Below, piece after piece: positions 12,716-23,337 of a stretch of DNA of 64,000 nucleotides. A model generated the notes under the pieces. That model was not told the DNA's origin, ran no database searches, and was given only the letters and a program-made list of their open reading frames with translations. Numbering within the stretch: the stretch's first letter is position 1; every line of letters starts with the position of its first letter. The DNA lies in NCBI RefSeq assembly GCF_006345805.1, contig NC_042999.1, forward strand, positions 154,504,001-154,568,000. Reading direction: 5' to 3'. Source of the DNA: Octopus sinensis. Lineage: Eukaryota. Position numbers and translations under genes: made by a program.

Positions 12716-13349
12716 AATATACGTGGTGTGAATTAAAAAGGCAATACAGATGCTCACTTTGGAATGATTTTCATTATAGGTTTACTAAATCAGGATTAAC
12801 CTGCAGCTAAACACCAATGAAACTAAATATTATGTGACACTCGACCATTTTCGGCCAACTCCGTTTTTGCAATAACAACTATTTTTTCTCTTCTCACAGT
12901 AATATTTATTATCTAAAAATACCAGAGAACTCAATTATACATTGTAAGTCTGTTTCCATAATATAATATCTAAATATGATTCAGACATGATGTGAACGAA
13001 TCCAGAATCGTTATATCTTCTCCAATAATAACGCCAATATTTCTATAAAATCTATCCGGCGTGAGGTAAACACGGCTAACCATGAATACGTATAACAGCA
13101 TTTATGCGACATTTGAATAGTGTTATCCATTTCTTCGGAATCGAACAGGAAGGTGTAGTAGAAAACTAATAAGTGTCCCCAGTTGTCCTCAAACTTTGAT
13201 CTAATATATTTTGTACATTATTAAGTTTATAACTGGGCGAAAATAGATCGATATGACTGAACGCTGTTTTTGTAAATACTGGAATAGGAGTGCAAATTAG
13301 TACACTGACACACACATAGGTGAACATATATGTATACATACAATTTTAT

Positions 13350-13530
13350 GATAGATCGCTAGCCACTACACATTCTTTATTTTCTCTCCTTGTTTCTTTC
13401 TGTGTTCCTTTCTGTGGAAGAGCGTAGGCTTGAAATGTTACTGACTTTTTCACTTCCCGAGCTTTATACGAATCTGTTTGTTGTCTACACCACCCGTTTT
13501 CGTCTTTTGTTTATTTGTGAATTTTCCCTA
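13350..13530 (+). mobile_element. Solo PLE pLTR-like unit (family 3), degenerate hammerhead-like motif
   Basis: tttCTGTGGAagagcgtaggcttGAAAtg; homologous to 33840-34045 and to the reverse complement of 61320-61495; ends in (TA)n. Confidence 0.55.
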
Positions 13531-14699
13531 TATATATATATGTGTGTGTGAATAAACGAAAGTGACACTTAAGAAATTTAATTGGAGTTACATATATATA
13601 TATATTTTTATAAGAGTCTGGCTCCATACGTATAACTGTTCCATATGTATGATTTAATGGTTCGTAAGCTCGTACGACGAACCTATCTCATCAGATATCT
13701 AGAGAAGAGCTACGGGATTTGAACATTTCAAGATGGCTTCTAAATGTTATCGGCCTCTACAGCAAAAACATAACAGGATATTTTCTTCACAAATTATGTA
13801 ACTAAATAATTTATGAATAAGCTCTACTTTTCTTTTAATTTTCCATCTATATACCTTGTCATATATGTAACTATGGAGACAAAGCAAAAATAATTAGGAT
13901 CATAATACAAGTTCTCCACGCGGTTTGAATTTTTTCCTTTTATTTTTGGATATACAAGAATGCTTACGAAGTTTTAAATACTGGTTATTTGTCATACAAT
14001 TTAAATTTAAATCTTCTTTTAAAAATAATACCTTTTTCTATGCTTTCACTCTCCATAACACGTGAGACGTACAATTTTGACTTATTTTTAAGTATCACTG
14101 AATCTTGTACTTCACATATATTTCTTATTATTTATATATATTTTGCAGATCTTGTGCATATAGTAGAAAGAATTATATTTTTCCTTCTTTTGTTTATTTT
14201 TTCCCTATATATAAAAATTTTCCTTCAGTTTTTAACCGTAAAATATTTCCCCTTTCGCGCCCCTTTTTATTTTTTGTCTGTGCCTAAGTCGACGGCTTTC
14301 TTTCATTACTTTGTCCAAACATTGTACCTATTATATAACCTCCAGACATTTCACCAATGTCATCGTTTTACTATTTTTTAAATATTTTTCATTATTTATA
14401 AATTTTCATATTCGTTTTCTTTTCTTAAATACCAGATTTTTCTTACCTTCCCTTTCACTTTACAGTCGCGCCTGCCACATCCTCCTCGCCTCTATGCATT
14501 CTTCCTACAAACATTTCCATCTTCCCACACCCGCACCATCTCACATCACTATACTCCCATATTTGCACACCTACACGCATCTCTTCACTCCCAATAAACC
14601 ACACAAATCCCATATTACTACACACATACACCATCCTCTCTGCATATCTCTCTACACAGTTACCTTCTTATACATGTACACACCATACCACCGTATCCT

Positions 14700-14930
14700 T
14701 CCTTCCTTACATAACCATAGAACCGCATTCCCATCGGGCTTCTAACCATTTTCTATTTCTTTCCAACCGCCTTTTCGTATTCCTTGAAGAAATTTGTCTA
14801 GATTCCGTTTAAGGATGATGGGATCCTTTCCTATTTGATATATTTTGGGACGATGTTAAATAGAGTAACGTTTGTTGAGGAAAAGAAACTGTGTTGCAAT
14901 GTATTTACATATTGTGATCCTGCATATATG
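14700..14930 (-). pseudogene. LINE (CR1/L2-like) 3' fragment
   Basis: Homologous to 25985-26130. Confidence 0.5.
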
Positions 14931-15191
14931 TGTGTATGTATATATTTATATACGTACACACAAACATAAGTGCGTATTCTATGTGCTTGTATTAGTGCTT
15001 GTGGAGGTAAGAAGATCGGCTTTCAGATTTCAGCGAACGTCCTGCAAATCTCCCTCCAGCCCTATAACCATAAACCAAAATAATTGTGTCGTCATATTTT
15101 AGAACGACGGGATATTTAGCAACAGTAAAGCCTTTTAGAGTTAAAACCTCTCCCTCTCTCTCTTACTAATCTCTATTTCCCAATATTTATC

Positions 15192-15241
<50 letters not shown>

Positions 15242-15723
15242 AATCTACCTATCTTTCTCTCCCACCCTTCCTTTTATCAATTAGTGACCATTTTGCAAAA
15301 CTACTCTCTAGTAATCTTTGCCAGCCATTCTTATTATATTGCATGTTTGGCGATTCTTGAAAAGTTACCGTCAAGGGAGATCAACATTGATCAATTAACT
15401 GAAACATCAAAGGCAAATAAATTTGGCAGAGATAATAAATTTCATAAGAAACACAATGTAACGACGATAGTAAGTAGGAAAAAAAGTTTAAATAGCAACG
15501 AGAACAGAACCGTACTAAAAACAGATAGTGTCTAGGGAAATGCCAAATGGTATCAGAAGACAAAAAAAATGAATGAAAGCGAACAAAAGCGGTACCAATA
15601 CAATTGCTATAGTTGTGGCTGTCTTCCAGTATTGCTCTAATTATGGTGCCATAAACTTCTAAAAGTGGTGGAGTTGTGGGAAGAAAACGGCGTCCAAAAT
15701 GGTAGACGGTTGTATGGAATGTC

Positions 15724-15951
15724 GGCAAGCTGGCAGAAACGTTAGCGCGCCGGACGAAATGCTGAGCGGTATTTCGTCTGCCGCTACGTTCTGAGTTCAA
15801 ATTCCGCCGAGGTCGACTTTGCCTTTCATCCTTTCGGGGTCGATAAATTAAGTACCAGTTACGCACTGGGGTCGATGTAATCGACTTAATACCTATGTCT
15901 GTCCTTGTTTGTCCCCTCTATGTTTAGCCCCTTGTGGGTAATAAAGAAATA
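15724..15951 (+). mobile_element. SINE family A with 16-bp target-site duplication
   Basis: ggttgtatggaatgtc at 15708-15723 and 15952-15967 flanks the element. Confidence 0.9.
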
Positions 15952-16042
15952 GGTTGTATGGAATGTCATAGTCTTGCTGTACGTTCGAACTTCTAAACGG
16001 AAGTTTTAGCTTTGTTGATAAATAAGTATCGTGCTTTGAGTG

Positions 16043-16363
16043 AGAGCGCGTGGCTTAGTGGTTAGGGGTTTTCGGCTCATGATTGTAAGGTCGTGAGCTC
16101 AATTCCCGCCGGCGCGTTGTGTCCTTGAGCAAGACACTTTATTTCACGTTGCTCCAGTCCACTCAGCTGGCAAATATGAGTAGCACCTGTATTCCAAAGG
16201 ACCAGCCTTGTTACACACTGTCACGCTGAATCTCCCCGAGAACTACGTTAAGGGTACACGTGTTTGTGGAGCGCTCAGCCACTTACACGTTAATTTTACT
16301 ATCAAGCTGTTCCGTTGATCGTATCAGCTGGGACCCTCGTCGTCGCAACCGACGGAGTGCTCC
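16043..16363 (+). mobile_element. SINE family C (tRNA-derived head)
   Basis: A-box-like TGGCTTAGTGG, B-box-like GAGCTCAATTCC, body matches reverse complement of 48596-48920. Confidence 0.85.
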
Positions 16364-16490
16364 TATTATTTTATAATTGTGTTTGATGTCTTAAAAGATG
16401 CACGAGTATATAAGAACTCAATTTCAGCTGTGCTTATCCTTGAAAAAAGTATTTTTGGTGAAGTAACGCGCGTAATATTTCGGCAATCCT

Positions 16491-16680
16491 AAGGTGGTGA
16501 TCTGGCCGAATCGTGAGCACGCTGGAAAAAAATTCTTAGCGGCATTTCGTCTGTTTTTACGTTCTGGATTCAAATTCTGCCGAGGCTGACTTTCCTTTCA
16601 TCCTTTTGGGATTGATGAAATAGGTACCAGTTGAGCACTAGGATCAATTTAATTGAATTGGCCCCTTTCCCGAAATTGCT
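16491..16680 (+). mobile_element. SINE family A, diverged
   Basis: taaggtggtgatctggccgaatcg...ttcaaattctgccgaggctgactttcctttcatcc. Confidence 0.65.
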
Positions 16681-16681
16681 G

Positions 16682-16763
<82 letters not shown>

Positions 16764-17200
16764 CACACACACATACATACACACATACATATATACACAC
16801 ACAAACAGTCATACACAAATGTATGTATATGTATGTTTTTAATTGTATGAGGCTAGGTCGGTACAAAATGTTGTGTACGATAGTTAAATTATAGAAAGAT
16901 TTGTGATACAAATATGTAAATGAAAATAAAGTTTATTTGGTAGCTGAAAGATTTTGATACTCCACACACCAAAATCGGCAACTAATTTTTCGAATGCATA
17001 AGGAATATACACTATTTCTAGCAATTTCTGCATTTCGACATCAACAAAAAATTACACAATGAATATTGTTTACCCTGAGTTGCTTCGAAATTCTATTATT
17101 ACAAGTTTTATATTTCTTAGTAAAATATAGATATTTTGAAATAATGATGAGAATATATCTTTATATTTATTGTTTACTAATCTATATGAGAACAACAGTA

Positions 17201-17229
17201 ACCCGAGCAACGCCAGGTCATTCAGCTAG
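17201..17229 (+). mobile_element. Helitron 3' terminus
   Basis: cccgagcaacgccagg hairpin-like motif followed by CTAG|T. Confidence 0.55.
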
Positions 17230-18044
17230 TGTGTGTGTGTATACACACACATACACACACACACACGCGCACACATGCACATATATATAAATATATATAC
17301 ATACATATTGAATAAAACCCTATTATGGCACCAACGTTTCAAATCTCACGATTTCTTTAGAAGGAGACAAAAGTAACTACACACTACCGACAAACATATT
17401 GAAGTCCTTTTTTGTGTGTGTATATATGTATATAGCAGTTCTTTTTATCATGGAGAATGCATTCACGGGGTTTGTGGAGGTATTTGTGTGTGTATATATG
17501 TGTGTATTCGGTGAATGAACTGACGAACAGAATTTGTTCCAATAGCTATTGTTCAGAAATCTGTGCGTACGTGATCAGAAAGTTAATAAACTACGTTCAC
17601 TCCCGAATGTTTTATTAGTTACATAAAATATTCATCACACTACTTATTTATTAACTATTTCAATGCAAAGTTCCTATTTACTTCATCATATATGTATACG
17701 TGTGTGCACACGTGTAGTGATTACAAACAAATTTTCCGCTGCACTCCTTCTTATTGACTCCAAATTATTCAATTATATATTCACACATTACAGAACCCCC
17801 TGCACAAACCTGGCAGTGAGCATAATACTACTGTTGGATAATACTAGGTGAAAGCTAAAGGTGGACGAGCTTTATATTGTACGTTCTTAAAAGAATATAA
17901 CCTAACTATATATATATATATATATATATGTATATGTATATGTGAGTATATATGTATATGTATATGTGAGTATATATATATATGTATATGTGAGTATATA
18001 TATATATATGTATATGTGAGTATATATATATATATATATGTGTG

Positions 18045-18107
<63 letters not shown>

Positions 18108-18114
18108 ATGTGTG

Positions 18115-18153
<39 letters not shown>

Positions 18154-18202
18154 AAACAAGTCAAAAATAGAAAATGCTAAGATAATTTTATAGTGAATCT
18201 TT

Positions 18203-18240
18203 CAGTACCGGTTTCGGTCATTTTGAGACCTTTTCAACTG
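18203..18240 (-). ncRNA. Minimal hammerhead ribozyme motif, U3:A8 variant (inverted 5' pLTR copy)
   Basis: Exact reverse complement of 22334-22371. Confidence 0.7.
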
Positions 18241-18473
18241 TAACGATTAAATAATTAAATTTAGAAAAATTAGAAGAAAAGTTTTTTTAAAAGAATATTT
18301 CTGTAGTAGTGTTCAGATATAAGTAGCATTCTGCCTTTCTCTGACTCCCTTGTTTGCACTTGTGTGTTCGAGGTCGTTTTGAGTTCTTGGTAGGATATGT
18401 GAAGAATAAGGAGGCTAACCAAGGACCTCCAAACGCGTCATTATATGGGATCAATACTCCAACAACATACCAA

Positions 18474-19427
18474 ATGAAACAACACATAATACCACAATGG
18501 AACAAATCACTCAGAGATAGAAAGTTCGCCTTTTGGAAGATGATCCAAAACAACAACAAAGCGGATATATACGAAAAATGGCTCAACCGGACCCCGTTAA
18601 TCCTCCCACGTAAATTCCAGTTCAAAGCTATTACAGAGGAACCTGAAACACAAAGACACCTCAGGGAGAGAATGGCACTGGAAAAAATGAAAATGGAAAT
18701 AGAACTTCTGAAATTGAGGGCCCAAACGAATGAGGATAAAATAAAATCCACCGATGAAGATATCAACGAAGAAATTCGCAAAATGACCCAAGGCCCATAT
18801 CAAGAGAAGTTCTCCAAACTATGGAAAGAGGACTGTGAAAAAGAAGAACTAAAATCTCTCCAACGCTGGGAGGAAAACGCCATTTGGTTCTCAGACTATG
18901 AAGCCGTCTTTCAAACAGAGCACGCCTCCAACAACCCTTTCCAGAAAATAAGAAAACCAAAACAACACCCAAACACCGATACACACCTGTCTAAAAATCG
19001 GAACCTTCACTACTTTCAAAAAAAGAATACAGGACCTAACCCTAACTCTGTAAGCAGCCAGCGTTACAATATCAGGAATACCCCCACTTCAAGCAGAGAA
19101 AGGATAAATCAACACCCACAGCATAGACACTGCAACCTTATCCCCACCCAAAAGAGTTACCAACGAAATCTCCGCCCCATAAACCGGTTAAACAACCATG
19201 CACAACAAACCCACTCCACTTACAATGATTACCAACGAAGGCCTCCTAGAACACCACACCCGAATATGGGATATCGGGATGCTCTCCTCAATACTGCTCC
19301 AAGAACACACACCACAAATCACAACAGGAGACCCCACATCAACAAAGAACAACTATATAATAGCTACCGTCCCAACCACCGCATTCATTTTTTAGACCCA
19401 ATACGCAAACACAGAGACACAAGATAG
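18474..19427 (+). CDS. PLE ORF1: predicted coiled-coil N-terminal half and basic N/Q/R/P/H/T-rich C-terminal half (317 aa from first in-frame ATG)
   Basis: Open frame 18354-19427; E/K/L-rich heptad-like stretch MALEKMKMEIELLKLRAQTNEDKIKSTDEDINEEIRK; ends HFLDPIRKHRDTR*. Confidence 0.8.
   Translation: MKQHIIPQWNKSLRDRKFAFWKMIQNNNKADIYEKWLNRTPLILPRKFQFKAITEEPETQRHLRERMALEKMKMEIELLKLRAQTNEDKIKSTDEDINEEIRKMTQGPYQEKFSKLWKEDCEKEELKSLQRWEENAIWFSDYEAVFQTEHASNNPFQKIRKPKQHPNTDTHLSKNRNLHYFQKKNTGPNPNSVSSQRYNIRNTPTSSRERINQHPQHRHCNLIPTQKSYQRNLRPINRLNNHAQQTHSTYNDYQRRPPRTPHPNMGYRDALLNTAPRTHTTNHNRRPHINKEQLYNSYRPNHRIHFLDPIRKHRDTR
19388..19394 (+). promoter_or_regulatory. Candidate -1 ribosomal frameshift heptamer U_UUU_UUA
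   Basis: T|TTT|TTA in ORF1 register (cat ttt tta gac); a -1 slip enters the ORF2 frame, which is open from 19364. Confidence 0.7.
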
Positions 19428-21706
19428 CACCAAACAAGCAGGAGGAACCAAAAGTAATAAAAATTATCAATCTAACTCACAAGGAACTAACAGCAAACCA
19501 AATTAACATACTTTCCAAAGGACTCAAGTTTACACCCACCCCACAACACCCCAACTACAACGAAATGAAAGAAGACATCGCAGAATTCTGCAGAAAATTA
19601 AGACTTACTGAGGAGCTATACGATAAATACAACGAGGACGAATCGTTAGCCAGAAATAGGAGTAACTACACCCCCTCGAAAGGTAAGAACAAAACACTTG
19701 ATGATTTCTGTGACCACATATCTAATTACCCATATCAACATATGCACAAACAAAAACACAAACCAAACTTCAGCAAAAAAGAATGGGCTGAGTTGAACAA
19801 ATTAAAACAAGATAAAACAATAACAATCAAAGAGGCCGATAAAGGGAGTGCTGTTGTCTTAATGGATACGACATTTTACATAACTTTGGTACTTTCTATG
19901 CTGGAAGACACAACATACTATGAAAAGGCACAAAACTACAGTCAACAAAAAATAATGAGGGAACTAAAATCCATATTAAACCCATACAAAGCAGGGCTCA
20001 CCGACAAAGAATATGATTATATAACCAATTTCACAAGTAAAACTAGCCAATTCTACGGTATACCTAAGATCCACAAAAGTGAAAAAATAAGCAACGCATG
20101 CAAGATAGCTACAGACAAAATAATTAAAGTCCCTAATCCTAATGACCTCAAATTGAGACCCATAATAGCAGGTCCCGCATGCGAAACCCACCGCCTCAGT
20201 AACTTTTTAGACACCCTGTTAAAACCACTCCTCAAACATGTCAAAAGCTATATAAGGGACGACTTAGATATGCTCAATCACCTACCGAATACTATAAACA
20301 AAAACACCATACTGGTATCCTTCGATGTAGTCAACCTCTACTCCAATATCCCCCACAACCTAGGACTAGAGGCAATCCAATTCTGGCTAGAGAATCACGC
20401 CAACGAACTACCACACCACATCAAAAAAGAATTTGTGATAGAAGGGGTTAAATTCATCCTGGAAAATAACTTCTTCGCCTTCAATGACAACTTCTACCGT
20501 CAAAAATCGGGGACTGCGATGGGTACACGAATGGCCCCCTCCTTTGCCAACCTAGTCATAGGATACCTAGAGATCAGTCTGTATCGTAAGGTTCTAGAAA
20601 GATATGGCAGCCCTTTCTCCATCTACATAGAAAACAACTGGAAGAGATATCTAGATGACTGTTTCATCCTTTGGCATAAAAATATAGAAAAACTCATAGA
20701 ATTCCAGAAAATTTTAAACGGACTGGACGTAAACATCCAATTCACGATGGAATATAGCCAACAACAACTCCCCTTCCTCGATATCCTCATTAAGAAAGCT
20801 AATAATATAATAGAAACAGACATATACTATAAGCCTACAGACTCTAAGCAATATCTTCCATTCAATTCATGCCACCCCAGACACACCAGGATGAATATCC
20901 CCTTCAATCTAGCAAAAAGGATATGCACTATAGTCTCTAACGCAAACACCAGAGACACACGACTACAAGAACTAAAAGATACCCTTATCACCAGGAACTA
21001 TCCACCTTCACTTATTGACAAGTGCATTCAACTTAACATCAAGGAACTGAGACATCCCAAATCAAAGAAAAACTTACAACCAAAAGCCTTACCATACATC
21101 TCCACACACAACCCTCTCAATAACGAAGCCTTCGACACCATCCTCCACAACATACCCCTCCTAAAAAAAGACCACAGAATGAACACAATCCTCCAAACAC
21201 ACACGATCATAAAAAGCAAAAGACAGCCTAGATCCATGAAAAGTCTCCTAACACAAGCCCGAATTCACTCTTCAACACAGAAGCCGACAGTAAAAAAATG
21301 TGGAAGACCCAATTGCGGGATATGCGACTATCTAATTGAGGGATCAGAGTTCTCCTTCAAACAGGGACAACGGTTTACAGTGAAAAGCAACTTCACATGT
21401 GCTTCGGAGAACCTAATATACTCACTAACCTGCTCCGGGTGTCAAGAGCAGTACATAGGCCAAACAAAAAATGGTTTGCGTAAACAAATGGCCCTGCACA
21501 GATCCCAGATAAAAATTCCCCAAAACAGAAAAATAGCTTTTAGCCAACACATAGATACTTGCGCCAACAAAAAAACACCAAACTTCAGAATTTTCCCCCT
21601 CTACCAATTTAGGGACGATACAACCTCGAGACAACGAATAAGTAAAGAAAATCTCTTTATTACAAAATACAAGCCACTTCTTAGCGGGTCTACGAAAAAC
21701 AATTAA
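19394..21706 (+). CDS. PLE reverse transcriptase + Zn-finger-like linker + GIY-YIG endonuclease (first ATG 19565; frame open from 19364)
   Basis: IINLT..ILSKGLKFTPTP, LRPIIAG, LVSFDVVNLYSNIP, QKSGTAMGTRMAPSFANL, WKRYLDDCF, CGRPNCGIC, NLIY..CSGC..YIGQT, RISKENLFI. Confidence 0.95.
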   Translation, partial: RPNTQTQRHKIAPNKQEEPKVIKIINLTHKELTANQINILSKGLKFTPTPQHPNYNEMKEDIAEFCRKLRLTEELYDKYNEDESLARNRSNYTPSKGKNKTLDDFCDHISNYPYQHMHKQKHKPNFSKKEWAELNKLKQDKTITIKEADKGSAVVLMDTTFYITLVLSMLEDTTYYEKAQNYSQQKIMRELKSILNPYKAGLTDKEYDYITNFTSKTSQFYGIPKIHKSEKISNACKIATDKIIKVPNPNDLKLRPIIAGPACETHRLSNFLDTLLKPLLKHVKSYIRDDLDMLNHLPNTINKNTILVSFDVVNLYSNIPHNLGLEAIQFWLENHANELPHHIKKEFVIEGVKFILENNFFAFNDNFYRQKSGTAMGTRMAPSFANLVIGYLEISLYRKVLERYGSPFSIYIENNWKRYLDDCFILWHKNIEKLIEFQKILNGLDVNIQFTMEYSQQQLPFLDILIKKANNIIETDIYYKPTDSKQYLPFNSCHPRHTRMNIPFNLAKRICTIVSNANTRDTRLQELKDTLITRNYPPSLIDKCIQLNIKELRHPKSKKNLQPKALPYISTHNPLNNEAFDTILHNIPLLKKDHRMNTILQTHTIIKSKRQPRSMKSLLTQARIHSSTQKPTVKKCGRPNCGICDYLIEGSEFSFKQGQRFTVKSNFTCASENLIYSLTCSGCQEQYIGQTKNGLRKQMALHRSQIKIPQNRKIAFSQHIDTCANKKTPNFRIFPLYQFRDDTTSRQRISKENLFITKYKPLLSGSTKNN

Positions 21707-21819
21707 TATACCTCAACTTTAGAATAAAAGAAATATATACACACACAAATATTACACTCCATAGAATCCATTACTAATCAGCCCCATCACAGCTATACTT
21801 ACACCCATTCATATTCTCC

Positions 21820-22010
21820 CTTCTCTGTTTTTTTCTTCTTCTTCTTCCACTTCTTCTTCATCATCATCATTATCATCATCATCGTCGTCATCATCATCAC
21901 CACCATCATCACCACCATCTTCTCCTTCTCCTTCTTCTTCTTCTTCTTCATCATCATCATCATCAACATCGTCATCTTCTTCTTCTTCTACTTCTCCACC
22001 TTCCACCCCT
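21820..22010. repeat. (TCT)n/(TCA)n tract in PLE 3' UTR
   Basis: Direct sequence. Confidence 0.8.
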
Positions 22011-22333
22011 TAACCTTGTCACTAATGTCTTTCAGTATAACGCCTACGCAAATTCCATAAACAATTCCTGAATTGAACTGCGACTACTGTCAGCCACTGA
22101 CCATTCAAAATACGACCATTAAGGCATTCCCAGATTTCCCCACCCCCTCTCCACATCAGCCTCCTTATTCTTCACCTATCCTACCAAGAACTCAAAACGA
22201 CCTCGAACACACAAGTGCAAACAAGGGAGTCAGAGAAAGGCAGAATGCTACTTATATCTGAACACTACTACAGAAATATTCTTTTAAAAAAACTTTTCTT
22301 CTAATTTTTCTAAATTTAATTATTTAATCGTTA

Positions 22334-22371
22334 CAGTTGAAAAGGTCTCAAAATGACCGAAACCGGTACTG
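22334..22371 (+). ncRNA. Minimal type I hammerhead ribozyme motif, U3:A8 variant (3' pLTR)
   Basis: cag TTGAAAA ggtc-tcaaaat-gacc GAAA, palindromic stem III accggt, GUA triplet, ctg. Confidence 0.75.
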
Positions 22372-22458
22372 AAAGATTCACTATAAAATTATCTTAGCAT
22401 TTTCTATTTTTGACTTGTTTTTTCATATATATCAACTCGTGTGTTCCTTTCCACCCTT

Positions 22459-22506
<48 letters not shown>

Positions 22507-22542
22507 GTGTGCATGTATATATATATATATATGTGACCGCGT

Positions 22543-22725
22543 GTGTATCGTTGGCGATTTTCTTTCACCGTCTTCCCTTCCTTGGACCTTTCCTCTTTCT
22601 ATGTTTCTGACGAAGAGCTCCGCTCGAAACGTTAAATCCTCCTTCTTTCCTTTACTGAGCGTCCAATAACACTATACTTGTTCCACGTCCTCACGTTGTT
22701 GTGTTTTCTATTTGTTCATGTTATA
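22543..22725 (+). mobile_element. Solo PLE pLTR-like unit (family 2) with hammerhead-like motif at 22604-22666
   Basis: tttCTGACGAa gagc-tcc-gctc GAAACG...CGTC; stem I imperfect; copy at 36771-36965. Confidence 0.6.
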
Positions 22726-22833
22726 TATATGTAGATAGATGATAAATAGATACGTAGGTAAGTAGATAGATAAATAGATAGAGAGATAGACAGAAAGACA
22801 GACAGACAGAAAGACAGACAGACAGAAAAACAA

Positions 22834-22919
<86 letters not shown>

Positions 22920-22962
22920 TAAGAAATGGAGTTAAACGCAGATGTTATTCAAACCATTTATA

Positions 22963-23051
22963 CTTCCAACATATGTTTCGAAAAAAGCATTGAGATTATT
23001 CCGGAGGAAGTAAAAACGATGTAATACAATGCATTCATTTTGTCAGGGAAG
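22963..23051 (-). ncRNA. Hammerhead motif with long stem II (core decayed to CTGACAA)
   Basis: Stem I cttcc/ggaag, GAAAC, palindromic acatatgt, GUU. Confidence 0.5.
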
Positions 23052-23337
23052 AAAAGAAGCAAAACACATTTGTCCAGCTCTTTTAACCGAATGTTTTTAC
23101 CACGTACGTAAATGTATAATGTAAGGAGAACGCTAGCAAGTTATTTTTTTAAACAGTCGTTAATAGATTCAACGTCAAATTAGAGAAGAGAAGGTGAAAA
23201 AAGTAAGAAATTAATAGAAAATTAAGAGTGGAAAATATTATGTGAAAGTAATGGAAATAAAGTTTAAAAGCGCAGTAATAAATATAAATAATGGAAATGA
23301 AAGCAGTTAAATCTCGATATATATAAATTGGTAGAAA

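Larger units (their letters stand above)
18148..22426 (+). mobile_element. Penelope-like retroelement (Neptune-like, C-terminal GIY-YIG) with inverted pseudo-LTRs
   Basis: 18148-18416 is the reverse complement of 22158-22426 (269 bp, one visible mismatch); encloses ORF1 and an uninterrupted RT/GIY-YIG ORF. Confidence 0.95.

Noticed and set aside
13670-13720. Minus-strand CTGATGA near a gaaac
   Set aside because: The core and GAAAC lie on opposite strands; no valid fold.
16043-16125. tRNA-like sequence
   Set aside because: Has A/B boxes but continues into a SINE body repeated elsewhere; I could not build a complete cloverleaf.
19565-19567. ATG as the true start of the RT ORF
   Set aside because: The conserved PLE N-terminal motif (IINL..KGLKFTPTP) is encoded upstream in the same frame.
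21809-22006. Acidic poly-E/D ORF antisense to the PLE
   Set aside because: Translation of the (TCT/TCA)n 3' UTR tract.
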